Of a stretch of 64,000 nt of DNA, positions 46,285 through 56,470 are shown piece after piece. The stretch is from NCBI GenBank assembly GCA_029559475.1, contig JAKQBN010000078.1, forward strand, positions 2,986 to 66,985, in the 5' to 3' direction. The stretch is from a bacterium. Its GTDB lineage: Bacteria > UBA4055. Under the pieces are notes generated by a model. It saw only the letters and a program-made list of their open reading frames with translations, made no database searches and had not been told where the DNA came from. Each line of letters starts with the position of its first letter. Within the stretch, counting starts at the first letter, position 1. A program made the translations under genes and the position numbers.

Positions 46285-47891
46285 ACAGCGTTTCTCCTGA
46301 TAATATCGAGTGATACAGCTTCAGCAATCTTTATCCCGTCTATAGCTGCTGATACAATACCTCCCGCATATCCTGCCCCTTCTCCCCCGGGATAAAGTCC
46401 TTTTATATTAACACTCTGAAAGTCGTCACCCCTCAATATTCTTATCGGTGAAGACGTTCTCGTTTCCACTCCGGTTAAAACAGCATCTTTAAGCGCGAAT
46501 CCTTTTATCTGTCTATCAAATGCCGGTATGGATTCTTTTATAGCCGAAATGACGTAATCCGGTAAAGCTGAGCTGAGATCCGTGAACTTTACTCCGGGTT
46601 GATATGAAGGTAAGACCGAACCTTTATCTGTTGACGGTCTGCCTTCCAGAAAATCTCCGAGAAGCTGTGCCGGCGCTCTATAATCTCCTCCGCCAAGCTC
46701 AAAAGCCTTCCTTTCATATTTTTCCTGAAACTCCATTCCCCCGAGCACTCCGTCTGGAAAGTCATTAATGTTGACTCCGACAACTATTGCGCTGTTCGCA
46801 TTCGGCTCCGACCTTGAATACTGGCTCATTCCGTTCGTAACTACGCACCCCGGTTCAGATGTTGCAGCCACCACTCTGCCTCCCGGGCACATGCAGAAGC
46901 TGTAAACAGTTCTGCCGTTCGAACAGTGGTATGAAAGTTTATAGTCAGCCGCACCTATTCTACCGTCATTTGCCAGCTCTCCGATCCTGCTCTGATCTAT
47001 CAGCTTTTGAGGATGCTCTATCCTGAATCCGACTGAGAATGGTTTCGGTTCCATTTTCACGCCTGACCTGTGAAGCATTCTGAAAGTATCCCTTGAGCTG
47101 TGTCCGACAGCGAAAACAACATGACCGGACCTTATCTCTTCCCCGCTGTCGAGACAAATGCCTTTCAGTTCATTTCCTTCAGTGATAAGACCGTCCGCCT
47201 TTTTTTCGAACAGGTATTCACCTCCGAGAGATATTATTGTTTTTCTTATGTTCTCAACAACTTTTACAAGCTTAAAAGTTCCTACATGTGGTTTGCTTAT
47301 ATAAAGTATCTCATCGGGCGCACCTGCATACACAAGCTCTTTTAATACTTTCCTGCCGTAATTTTCTGGATCTCTTATCTGAGTATTTAGTTTCCCGTCA
47401 GAAAATGTTCCGGCTCCGCCCTCACCGAACTGAACGTTCGATCCGGAATTGAAAACCCCTTCTCTCCAGAAACCGAATGTATCAAGGCTCCTCTCATAAA
47501 CCGGCTTTCCCCTTTCTATTATCAGAGGTTTAAAACCCGCCCGGGCAAGGATCAGTCCGGCAAAAAGCCCGCACGGCCCGGATCCGACTATGACAGGACG
47601 TTCCGTCAGCCCGTCTCCCGCATAAGCCTTGAATTTATATTCCATGTCGGGAGTTTTTCTGACATTCTTGTATTTGTATAACCTTGTTGTTATACTATCT
47701 TCGTTATTTACTTCAGCGTCCACTGAATAAACGAAGATCACGTTATCCTTTTTTCTGGCATCATAACTTCTTTTAAAGATCGTGTAGCCTTTGAGTTCGC
47801 TTTTTTTAATCCTGAGCCGTTTTATTATCTCAACCGCAATGTCATTTTCATCATGATCTACCGGAAGTTTTATTTCGTTGATCCTTAACAT
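46281..47891 (-). CDS. NAD(FAD)-utilising dehydrogenase (COG2509-type FAD-dependent oxidoreductase)
   Basis: Dinucleotide fold VIVGSGPCGLFAGLILARAGFKPLIIERG and C-terminal GGEGAGYAGGI. Confidence 0.7.
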   Translation of the reverse strand: MLRINEIKLPVDHDENDIAVEIIKRLRIKKSELKGYTIFKRSYDARKKDNVIFVYSVDAEVNNEDSITTRLYKYKNVRKTPDMEYKFKAYAGDGLTERPVIVGSGPCGLFAGLILARAGFKPLIIERGKPVYERSLDTFGFWREGVFNSGSNVQFGEGGAGTFSDGKLNTQIRDPENYGRKVLKELVYAGAPDEILYISKPHVGTFKLVKVVENIRKTIISLGGEYLFEKKADGLITEGNELKGICLDSGEEIRSGHVVFAVGHSSRDTFRMLHRSGVKMEPKPFSVGFRIEHPQKLIDQSRIGELANDGRIGAADYKLSYHCSNGRTVYSFCMCPGGRVVAATSEPGCVVTNGMSQYSRSEPNANSAIVVGVNINDFPDGVLGGMEFQEKYERKAFELGGGDYRAPAQLLGDFLEGRPSTDKGSVLPSYQPGVKFTDLSSALPDYVISAIKESIPAFDRQIKGFALKDAVLTGVETRTSSPIRILRGDDFQSVNIKGLYPGGEGAGYAGGIVSAAIDGIKIAEAVSLDIIRRNAV

Positions 47892-47915
47892 TTCATTTTC
47901 CTAATTTAAAAAAAA

Positions 47916-47934
47916 CAGGCGCATTAAGCGCCTG
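47916..47934 (-). terminator. Rho-independent terminator of the RRM gene
   Basis: CAGGCGC-attaa-GCGCCTG hairpin. On the minus strand it is followed by a T8 run. Confidence 0.7.
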
Positions 47935-47969
47935 ATTTGTCCGGAAATATCTTAAAGAGAAACGATTAT

Positions 47970-48338
47970 CTATCTGTCCCCTCTGCTTCCGCCGCGGCTG
48001 TTGTTAAATCCGCCTCTGTTTCCTGTCTGTCCGCCTCTGCTTCCGCCGAATCCGCCTCTGCTTCCGCCATGGAAACCTCTGTTGCCTTCGCCTTCCGGTT
48101 TAGGTTTGGATTCATTGACTTTCAGCGCTCTGCCGTTCAGTTCTCTTCCGTTCATTTCTTTGATCGCATTAAGCGCTTCATCGTTATTCGGCATTTCTAC
48201 AAAACCGAATCCTTTTGAACGGCCGTCAATTTTATCTGTCACTACTACTGCTGAATCCACCTGTCCGAATTCTTCGAACGCCTGTTTCAGATCTTCATCT
48301 TTTGTCGTGTAAGACAGATTTCCCGCGTAAATTTTCAT
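47970..48338 (-). CDS. RRM-type RNA-binding protein with a Gly/Arg-rich tail
   Basis: RNP-2 IYAGNL, RNP-1 KGFGFVEM, and a C-terminal RGG-type repeat tail. Confidence 0.85.
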   Translation of the reverse strand: MKIYAGNLSYTTKDEDLKQAFEEFGQVDSAVVVTDKIDGRSKGFGFVEMPNNDEALNAIKEMNGRELNGRALKVNESKPKPEGEGNRGFHGGSRGGFGGSRGGQTGNRGGFNNSRGGSRGDR

Positions 48339-48554
48339 TCGCCTCTCCTGGTTTGCGTTTCTTTTAGATTAATATTACAGTTGCATTATGTTTCAAATGT
48401 TTTACGATCCGAATTTATCAACGTTGTATTTTAAAACATATTTATAATAAAATCAACAACTAAATGAAAAATTTTACATGTTTCCGCTTGAAGATATTCG
48501 CTTATTTATTTATATTATCCGCCTGAGGAATAATTTTACGGATGAAAGCGGTAA

Positions 48555-49706
48555 ATGCCTTTAAAACAACTTGAAATGGATTTCGGACCTAATTATCAGG
48601 ATTATAAAGTTATAGGTCATTCAGAGAAGATATCCGAAATAATAACTATTGTAAAAACAGTGGCTCCAACAGGTCTTTCAGTCCTGATCTCGGGAGAAAG
48701 CGGAACGGGAAAAGAAGTGATCGCGTCATTAATTCATAATCTAAGTGAAAGAAAGAACAGCAGATTCATACCGATAAACTGCGGAGCGATACCTGAAGGC
48801 CTGATCGAAAATGAATTGTTCGGTCACGAAAAAGGGTCTTTTACCAGCGCATCAGACCGATCGAAAGGATATTTCGAGGTAGCTGATAAAGGCACGATCT
48901 TTCTCGACGAGATCGGAGAACTGCCGCTTTCAAGTCAGGTAAAACTTTTAAGGGTTCTTGAGAACGGAACTTTTATGAAAGTCGGAGGCTCGACCAATAT
49001 AAAAGTCGATGTGAGAGTGATAGCCGCGACGAATAAAAATCTGTCCAGGATGGTCGAAAAGGGAACTTTCAGGGAAGATCTGTATTTCAGGCTCAAGGCA
49101 GTTACAATGCACCTGCCTTCTTTGAAAGAACGTCTGACAGATATACCTTTATTTGTTATGAAATTCGCACAGGAATCGGCGGATAAGTATAAGCGTTCAC
49201 AGCTGATCTTTGAAAAAGAAGCTTTGTCCGAGATCGTAAACCATCACTGGAAAGGAAACGTAAGAGAACTTAAGAATTTTATCGACATGCTGACGGTTAT
49301 GGAAACGGGTAAAACCGTTGATGGAGAAATAATCAAAAAATACATAAAAAACGACAAAGGTACGTATCTTCCCGTGCTTGTCGGCGAGTCTCAGCATCAG
49401 CATGATAATGAACTTATATTCAGAACACTTTTGGAGATAAGGAACGATCTTAATCTGATCAAGAAATTTATACTGAATACTTACACGAAAGAGGTTTCAC
49501 CCGCATATTTTGAAGATGAACCCGCAATAAAAGACATACTTGATCCGTCAAGAGAGATTAAACCTGCAGAGTCGTTATCGGAAAAACAAGAGATCGCGGC
49601 AGTATTAAAAAAGCATAGAGGCAACCGCAGAAAAGCAGCCGAAGAGCTGAATATGAGCGAGAGAACTTTGTACAGAAAGATCGAAAAATACGGTATTAAT
49701 ATATGA
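48555..49706 (+). CDS. Sigma-54-dependent transcriptional activator (AAA+ plus Fis-type HTH; no N-terminal sensor or receiver domain)
   Basis: Walker A GESGTGKE, Walker B IFLDEIGE, a GAFTGA-equivalent reading GSFTSA, R-finger region, and C-terminal HTH (NMSERTLYRKI). Confidence 0.8.
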   Translation: MPLKQLEMDFGPNYQDYKVIGHSEKISEIITIVKTVAPTGLSVLISGESGTGKEVIASLIHNLSERKNSRFIPINCGAIPEGLIENELFGHEKGSFTSASDRSKGYFEVADKGTIFLDEIGELPLSSQVKLLRVLENGTFMKVGGSTNIKVDVRVIAATNKNLSRMVEKGTFREDLYFRLKAVTMHLPSLKERLTDIPLFVMKFAQESADKYKRSQLIFEKEALSEIVNHHWKGNVRELKNFIDMLTVMETGKTVDGEIIKKYIKNDKGTYLPVLVGESQHQHDNELIFRTLLEIRNDLNLIKKFILNTYTKEVSPAYFEDEPAIKDILDPSREIKPAESLSEKQEIAAVLKKHRGNRRKAAEELNMSERTLYRKIEKYGINI

Positions 49707-50200
49707 AGATCATTTTCCTGATAACTGCAATTTTAATATTGGTTTCATGCGGCAGTTACTCTTTTTCGGGAAAAAGCATACCGCCCGAAATAAAGGATAC
49801 TCAGCTTCTTTTATTCGATGATAATTCGGGAAGATATGACCTGAGCCTTCCGGACATTATAAACGATAAACTTATTGAAAATATTGAGAGCTATAATTAT
49901 TTCGAGATCGAGAATTCAGCTTCGGCCGATTCGAAAATAACCGGAACTGTAAGATCGTACAGTGAAACTATCGTATCGCAGTCACGCGATGAAACCGCGG
50001 ATCAGATGGCTGTTTCAATATCGGTTGAAGTAAGCTTTTATAATAATCACGCTGAAGACTTCATTATTAAAAACCGGGTGATAAATGAAACAGAATATTA
50101 TGAAGCTTCTGGAGGAGACACTTCGCGGAATGAAGCTTTCGACAAGCTTATGGAAAGGCTTTCGGAGAATATTTTATTAAGTCTTAGCTCTAACTGGTAA
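49703..50200 (+). CDS. LptE-like lipoprotein
   Basis: Lipobox LVSCGSYSFSG, with size and pattern resembling the LptE/RlpB family. There is a 4-nt overlap with the activator gene. Confidence 0.45.
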   Translation: MKIIFLITAILILVSCGSYSFSGKSIPPEIKDTQLLLFDDNSGRYDLSLPDIINDKLIENIESYNYFEIENSASADSKITGTVRSYSETIVSQSRDETADQMAVSISVEVSFYNNHAEDFIIKNRVINETEYYEASGGDTSRNEAFDKLMERLSENILLSLSSNW

Positions 50201-50221
50201 TCAAAATTTCGGAGAAAATTT

Positions 50222-50704
50222 ATGAACATGGAATCTGTAAAAATTAACTTTCCCGAAGATTCTAATATTATACTGGGTCAGTCGCATTTTATTAAAACCG
50301 TAGAAGATCTTTATGAAGCTATGGTTAACACCGTTCCGGGAGTAAAGTTCGGAATAGCATTTTGTGAAGCTTCCGGTAAATGCCTTGTAAGGTATGACGG
50401 AAATGATGAGGAGCTGTCAAATCTGGCCGCTGAAAACGCTTATCAAATTTCGTGCGGTCATTCTTTCATTATTATAATGAAGAACGCTTTTCCGATAAAT
50501 GTCCTCGGCAGAATAAAGGAAGTTCCTGAAGTCTGCAATATTTTCTGCGCCACAGCTAATCCTGTTGAAGTGATAATAGCCGCTTCGGAAAACGGAAGAG
50601 GAATAATCGGAGTTATTGATGGGCAGAAACCTTTAGGGATAGAAAAAGACGAAGATAAGAAATGGCGTAAAGAATTCTTAAGAATGATCAAGTATAAATT
50701 GTAA
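50222..50704 (+). CDS. Adenosine-specific kinase family protein (PF04008-like)
   Basis: [16 protein letters not shown]...[21 protein letters not shown] and NAFPINVL motifs match my memory of this family. Confidence 0.6.
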   Translation: MNMESVKINFPEDSNIILGQSHFIKTVEDLYEAMVNTVPGVKFGIAFCEASGKCLVRYDGNDEELSNLAAENAYQISCGHSFIIIMKNAFPINVLGRIKEVPEVCNIFCATANPVEVIIAASENGRGIIGVIDGQKPLGIEKDEDKKWRKEFLRMIKYKL

Positions 50705-50726
50705 AAAAGGGGCTTCGATCCTTTTT

Positions 50727-51851
50727 TTATTCGTAATCATAAACACGTACAGACCTTCCGTCCTTTGCAATAACGAATAGCCTGTTTCCCCGAAGTTTGT
50801 AAGTTTCGTCTCCAGAAACAAAATCAAGTACAGTCCTGTTTATAAAAATACCTTCCTGAAAAATATCTATGTAGAAAGAATCCTGATTTGCCTGAGTTCT
50901 TATCATTGACGGCATCACCCAAATTCTGTTCTTTTTATCGATCTCTATAGAATTAACAGGCTTTTTATAATAAACTTTACTTGTATCTATACCTTGGAAT
51001 CCTGATGATGTAATAAAATCATTTAAGAGATTTTTCTCATAATTGTTATACTCGACCTTGTTACAATCCTTCTCTATGACATACTTCCTGTTACCTCTGC
51101 TGTTAAAAACATGGATCCTGTAGTCAGTACCTTTGGCTTCTGCGATAGATATCAGATCGTTTTTTACAGAATATGAAGTCATGATATTAGGGAGAAAAAA
51201 ATTAATGTCATAAGGTTCTCTTATTTTCATTATTATTTTTTCCGGCTTCATTTTCCCGTCAAGAATACACAAGTCGTTTATGAAATATTCAACCGAATCG
51301 ATTTTTGCTGTTCCCGGAATAAATGCTGTTGTAATTGTTTTACCGTCTGAATTTAGATAGGAAGGCCTGTTCCCGCCCATCATCTGAAGCTGCGCGTTAA
51401 TAAATGTACCGCTTGTAAGATAATAAACATATTTTCCCGGACCCATGTCGAAAACAACAAGCGTATCTTGTAGAAGAATAATTTGATTAGGCTTTTCGAA
51501 ACTCTCCAGAGCGTTACCAGACTGCTCAGGAAAATATCTTTCGAACTCACCCGATTTATTATACTTTTTAATTGTAGCATGTAATGCGTCGAGAAAATAA
51601 AAGTTGTCAAATTCATCGCATACTATATCAATCACCGCTCCGAATCCTTTCATCGAATCAGGAACGTTCAAACCACTCGGTCCAGTAATTTCAAATAGAA
51701 ATTTGGCTTCCGGTTTATATATTCCTGTTGCGATTCCTGTATTCTTAATATATTTAACACCGTCTTTTTCTTCAACACTATAATCTTTTTTGGAGCAATT
51801 TAATATCAAAATAACTGAAAATATAATTATTGGAAGAGAAGTTCTTTTCAT
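50727..51851 (-). CDS. Hypothetical lipoprotein, probably a 6-bladed beta-propeller
   Basis: Lipobox ILNC. Repetitive beta-rich sequence of 374 aa. Confidence 0.5.
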   Translation of the reverse strand: MKRTSLPIIIFSVILILNCSKKDYSVEEKDGVKYIKNTGIATGIYKPEAKFLFEITGPSGLNVPDSMKGFGAVIDIVCDEFDNFYFLDALHATIKKYNKSGEFERYFPEQSGNALESFEKPNQIILLQDTLVVFDMGPGKYVYYLTSGTFINAQLQMMGGNRPSYLNSDGKTITTAFIPGTAKIDSVEYFINDLCILDGKMKPEKIIMKIREPYDINFFLPNIMTSYSVKNDLISIAEAKGTDYRIHVFNSRGNRKYVIEKDCNKVEYNNYEKNLLNDFITSSGFQGIDTSKVYYKKPVNSIEIDKKNRIWVMPSMIRTQANQDSFYIDIFQEGIFINRTVLDFVSGDETYKLRGNRLFVIAKDGRSVRVYDYE

Positions 51852-51917
51852 TTTAACCCCTTTTTAGTTAAGCGGAATATAATACCTAAGCATCTGTTTT
51901 TCAAGTTAATTATTTGC

Positions 51918-54900
51918 TTAAAGATCCATAATTACTTCAGCTTTAAGCTCATGAAAAGGTTTAGGATCGCTTGATAAGTATCTGCCTGTATATACAAGAT
52001 TCGCCCTTACGCTATCATTGTATTTATAATCAGATGACAGATTCCATTTATAACTCCAGCCGGTTCCGTAACCTGAATTCATCGAATAAGGAAGCGAGTT
52101 TTCGGAAACAACTTCCACTGCATCGAAACCCAGCCTTAATATCCAGCCTGAAACGATCACCACATTCAGACTAACCGAGATTCTGTAACTGTCGGATACG
52201 ATCTTTCTAATTTTTTCGTTCTCATTTCCGTATTCAAATTCACCTGAAACAAATGAATTCCGGTTAAAGTTGTATTTTATGCCGTATGAAACGTATTTTT
52301 TTGCTATATCATCTGTCTTAATATCGCCAATACTGACCCTTTCATTTTCGGAATATTTTCCCCTTGAGAAATTTGTAACTTTTCCCGAAATGTTTTTGTA
52401 AGCGATCATATGCTCTTTCAAAAGCGAATTATCTGAATAATTGCTGTATTCCGAAAACCGGTTCTTTATATAATTGAAGCGGTATTCATAGCTGTTCGAG
52501 CTTTTTTTCATAAAATAAAGCCCTGTTCTGCTTTCTATCGTTCCGGCTACCGTTGAATCGGTCTGGAATTCACTTAAATTCAAAAAAATCAGATCATAAA
52601 TTTTCTCGCCTGAAGTTTTTTCAGATATCTTTAAATCCTGTTCTATATCGATCCTGGAAAGATAATATAAAATATTGTCGTTAGATTGCCTGTCTTCAAA
52701 ATCGAAATACGATTTTATATCAAGTTTAACTCCGTTAAGCTCTTTTGAACGGTCGGATGCTGATACATAGTAATCGTAATTTCCGAAATCATCATAAAAA
52801 TATTCGCCATTGTTGTAAGTATAGCTGCCGGTACCTTCGGCTACTTTATAAAAAGTTCTGACTTTCGGGAAATAAACAGTTCTTTCGGTTTCATATTCGG
52901 CAAATATTCTGTACCTGTCGCGGTCGTTGAAATTCAGTTTAAAGTTGAGCTGATCGAATTTTGTGTCTGAAGAGTCAGCTGATCTGAAAACATTATCGGA
53001 TCGTGACCAAAATATCTCTGAATTAAGTATTGAGCTGATCCTGCTCCTGATCTGAGCGGTATTTATATACCTTCTTAAATTTTCTGTTTCGGAACCGTCA
53101 TTTAATAGATTAATTTTCTCGAATTCAGATCTGAAAAAAATATCAGCTTTTTCAGTTCTTTTTATGCCGATCTCAGCTGATATGTTCTTTTTGTCGGTTT
53201 TTATATATTCTGAGGCCGATTCGGAATTAGTTATTATATTTTTAAAAAATAATCCAGATCTGAACTTTTCCGTTCTGTAGCCGGAATATAGATCTCCGTA
53301 GAATTTGTCGGTACTGACTGAATCTTCATCAAGCTTACTCAGGCTTACCGATCCTGAATAATGATACGGCGCAAAATCACCCCGGGTATAAAAATTCTGA
53401 CTATATTCCGATATATTTTTCCCGTAATCAGATTGCCTGAGTGTATAACCGCTAATAGAATTATCCCTAAAATAATGGACGATCCCGCCCGAGTATTCCG
53501 TCATTCCGAAATTGTCTGAATATGATCCGGTTTCTATTTCGTTTTCCTTTCTTACTTCAGATTTTCTTGTCGGGAGAACGAGTTCTTTGTTAAAATGCTT
53601 CCTCTGTGCATTCATTTCGAACTTTCCTACTCTTGAATCTATCGAATTTATCGAAAATTTCTCTCTGTCTCCGTAACCTTTGAATTTTAGATCATCTGAA
53701 TAAAAGGTATTATCGTTCGTCGAAGAAACCGCCAGTTCAGCTTCTGCCTTAAAAAATTCATCATGATAATCGGTTATTGTATGGAATCTTGAATATGAAC
53801 CCGGAGCTTTAATCTTTACGAGCGGTAAATAATCACCTCCGTTCACAGGATCATAGACATAATAAGCAGCACCCAAGCTGTCGTATGAAATATCATATTC
53901 GCCGACTGTTTCAAAATAAGTAAATCTTACATTATAATCTCCGCCGCCTGCTCCCGTGTAGATAAAATGCACAGAATCAGGCAGAAGATCGTACTTACCT
54001 TTGCCGGGCATAAATTCCGCGCCTGAAATGAATACGTGATCATCTCTATCGGATTCAAGAACACTCACGACCGAATCATTGAGATCGTAATTCAACGGTT
54101 TATCCCTGTCTTCTTCTTCACGATAAAAGCCGGTTTTAAACCCGAGTTTATTATTCATAATTCTGTCTTCGGCATCAAATCCGTAAACCAGCTTTTTATA
54201 ATCCGATTCCAGATATCTGAAATCCGCTGTAATAATATCATTTGAAGTTATGTGATATCCGTGTTTGAAGAAAAGCTCGCTGCTTTCATAATCAATATAA
54301 TAATCAACTCCCCCTGTCAGCTTTTTTCCGTTCAGATAAACAGTTTCGGATCCTGATACGATTTCTTCTTTTGTGTCTGATGACGATAATAGAACGTAAG
54401 GTCCCGAGATCCCTTCGGATCCTCTTGATGTGAAAGAAGTGCTTTTTGAGCTTTCGGCAGATATGTATCCCGAAACTGAGCCTCTGTTTCTTTTAAGTAC
54501 AAGAAGCGCTCCGGACATTTCCTTTTCAATATCACCGAATTGTCCTGCTTTTTTCTCGGTTCTGAAATCGCCAACCCGGGTAATAAAATTCGGGTGTCTG
54601 AACTGAATATATATTTTTTCTATATCAGAAAACGATTCTGTCGAACCTTCTTCTGAAATAGCTAGTTGTTCATCTGAAAGATAAGCCTCAACCGAAATGC
54701 TGTCGCTGATATTGCCTTCAAGTTCAAGGTTTAATCCGGAGATCACCCCTGTTCCCGAATCGGCGTTTATTTTTACTCCTCTGTAGATTACTCCCTTTTT
54801 TCTTATATTCTCTGTGCTTATACCTGAACTTAAACTTATTTTCTCTTTTTCTAGTGAATCTGTTTTTAATGTGTCGTCTAAACTATATTTGTAGAATATC

Positions 54901-55013
54901 CGTCCGCTCAGACTGTCTGATTGCGCGTAAATACACCCTAAAATGAATAAAGCTGCCAGAGAGAATATTGTTTTTAATACTGTCAAGTTTTTTTCCAGCT
55001 CCTTAAAATTCAA
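51918..55013 (-). CDS. Large hypothetical outer-membrane protein (1031 aa)
   Basis: Signal peptide. Long Tyr/Ser/Asn/Asp-rich sequence with alternating beta-strand-like pattern. No specific family recognised. Confidence 0.6.
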   Translation of the reverse strand: MNFKELEKNLTVLKTIFSLAALFILGCIYAQSDSLSGRIFYKYSLDDTLKTDSLEKEKISLSSGISTENIRKKGVIYRGVKINADSGTGVISGLNLELEGNISDSISVEAYLSDEQLAISEEGSTESFSDIEKIYIQFRHPNFITRVGDFRTEKKAGQFGDIEKEMSGALLVLKRNRGSVSGYISAESSKSTSFTSRGSEGISGPYVLLSSSDTKEEIVSGSETVYLNGKKLTGGVDYYIDYESSELFFKHGYHITSNDIITADFRYLESDYKKLVYGFDAEDRIMNNKLGFKTGFYREEEDRDKPLNYDLNDSVVSVLESDRDDHVFISGAEFMPGKGKYDLLPDSVHFIYTGAGGGDYNVRFTYFETVGEYDISYDSLGAAYYVYDPVNGGDYLPLVKIKAPGSYSRFHTITDYHDEFFKAEAELAVSSTNDNTFYSDDLKFKGYGDREKFSINSIDSRVGKFEMNAQRKHFNKELVLPTRKSEVRKENEIETGSYSDNFGMTEYSGGIVHYFRDNSISGYTLRQSDYGKNISEYSQNFYTRGDFAPYHYSGSVSLSKLDEDSVSTDKFYGDLYSGYRTEKFRSGLFFKNIITNSESASEYIKTDKKNISAEIGIKRTEKADIFFRSEFEKINLLNDGSETENLRRYINTAQIRSRISSILNSEIFWSRSDNVFRSADSSDTKFDQLNFKLNFNDRDRYRIFAEYETERTVYFPKVRTFYKVAEGTGSYTYNNGEYFYDDFGNYDYYVSASDRSKELNGVKLDIKSYFDFEDRQSNDNILYYLSRIDIEQDLKISEKTSGEKIYDLIFLNLSEFQTDSTVAGTIESRTGLYFMKKSSNSYEYRFNYIKNRFSEYSNYSDNSLLKEHMIAYKNISGKVTNFSRGKYSENERVSIGDIKTDDIAKKYVSYGIKYNFNRNSFVSGEFEYGNENEKIRKIVSDSYRISVSLNVVIVSGWILRLGFDAVEVVSENSLPYSMNSGYGTGWSYKWNLSSDYKYNDSVRANLVYTGRYLSSDPKPFHELKAEVIMDL

Positions 55014-55188
55014 TTGAAAAATATAAACTTAAACTCGATTATCAAGGAGTTTGTTTTAACTAACGCGATTTCAGGTGTGCTCTTTACGAAAAAATATCAC
55101 TTGCAAAAAAAAAGATTTTAGCCTATTATTACATATGCGGTTATATGATAAAGTATTACTGCTTAAGTTAAATTAAACGGGGTAAAAA

Positions 55189-56406
55189 ATGTATAAAAAA
55201 TCAACGGCATTATTTTTGATCATAGTAGCGCTCGTTTCTGCTAAAGTAAACGTGGGTTTCTATTCCCTTTCTCAGACTTCAGGCGATTTTCAGAACAAAT
55301 GGATCGGATATGCGATGACGGACATTATTGCAGACAAGCTGTCGAATGTTTCGCAGATAAATATCATAAAAGATGACCAGATATATGACTATCTTGTATC
55401 AAAGGGAACCGGCGCGTTCCTTAACACAGCCAGCAAATCATCTTTTGAAGGAGACATCAGAGATCATTTCAATCTAGATTACTTAGTTACGGGAAATTAC
55501 AGCGTAAATCCTGATAACAGCCTTCCGGTAAACATTACAGTTTACAGTCTTAAAGACAGTGTTGAAGTTCCTCCGATCGTTATTCAGGGATTCGCTAACG
55601 ATCTGCACACTATAGTATCTTATATAACCCATCCGATTTGTTCCGGAATGAAACTTAATCTCTCAATGGAAGAGATCCAAGCTGTAAAACAGCTTGACCT
55701 TACAACCAAAAGAACAGGAACGGCCAATATATATAAGGGCAAAATAAGTTTCAGGAACAAAGATTATAAAGGAGCTACGGATTTCTTTGAAGAAGCATAT
55801 AAAGAGGATCCTTCGAACAACGCTGCAAAGATCAATTTCGATAAAGCCCTCGCCTATTTTTACGGAGAAGGAATATTCGCCCTCAATCTTTTAGAAACTG
55901 ATCTTAGTGAAACGACACCGTTCAGAAAACAGTACATGATCACAAGAAAGATCTCAAAAAGCTATACATCTGAACTTCTATCGACAAAACTTTTACCGAA
56001 AAACGGCGGAACACATTACGATATAGATCTAGCCTTGAGACTCACATTAACTCCCGAAGCGAATTTTATGACAGAAGAACTCATTAAGAAGTTTTCTACA
56101 GGCGGCGCTGGCGAGACTCTCGATGACGGAGTTTACAACCCTAACGCTGATAAAGTCCTGGATGAGAGGGAGATCTTTGAAAACAACGTGGGTAACTTTC
56201 AGATAGTAATGAAACTGGTTGACAAAGACGGGAAAGTGCTTCAGCAGACCAGTCAGCCTTTTAGAACAGCTTTCGGCATGACTTATCCCGGAGCCGTAAA
56301 GGACAGGGTCTTTAAAAATAACTCTGCCGAAACAACTTTAGCTTTTTACTCTGTAAGCAGGGACATTGTAAGAAACACAACTAAAGTACTAATAACAGTT
56401 GAATAA
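55189..56406 (+). CDS. Hypothetical secreted protein
   Basis: 405-aa ORF with a signal peptide and one TPR-like stretch (YKGATDFFEEAYKEDPSN). Confidence 0.55.
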   Translation: MYKKSTALFLIIVALVSAKVNVGFYSLSQTSGDFQNKWIGYAMTDIIADKLSNVSQINIIKDDQIYDYLVSKGTGAFLNTASKSSFEGDIRDHFNLDYLVTGNYSVNPDNSLPVNITVYSLKDSVEVPPIVIQGFANDLHTIVSYITHPICSGMKLNLSMEEIQAVKQLDLTTKRTGTANIYKGKISFRNKDYKGATDFFEEAYKEDPSNNAAKINFDKALAYFYGEGIFALNLLETDLSETTPFRKQYMITRKISKSYTSELLSTKLLPKNGGTHYDIDLALRLTLTPEANFMTEELIKKFSTGGAGETLDDGVYNPNADKVLDEREIFENNVGNFQIVMKLVDKDGKVLQQTSQPFRTAFGMTYPGAVKDRVFKNNSAETTLAFYSVSRDIVRNTTKVLITVE

Positions 56407-56431
56407 TCAACTTAACAGTTTATAATGCTCG

Positions 56432-56454
56432 ACCGTCCGATTTTTTCGGACGGT
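56432..56454 (+). terminator. Rho-independent terminator
   Basis: ACCGTCCGA-ttttt-TCGGACGGT hairpin followed by TTAATTTT. Confidence 0.7.
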
Positions 56455-56470
56455 TTAATTTTGGAGAATC

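Noticed and set aside
47937-48312. Two plus-strand ORFs (93 and 103 aa) rich in Pro/Ser/Ala/Leu
   Set aside because: They are antisense and alternate-frame readings of the RRM gene and its Gly/Arg-rich tail. The RNP-1 and RNP-2 motifs make the minus-strand gene the real one.
50705-50726. Terminator between the adenosine-kinase-like gene and the convergent lipoprotein gene
   Set aside because: Only a weak AAAGG/CCTTT pairing with a 9-nt loop is present, which is not convincing enough to annotate.
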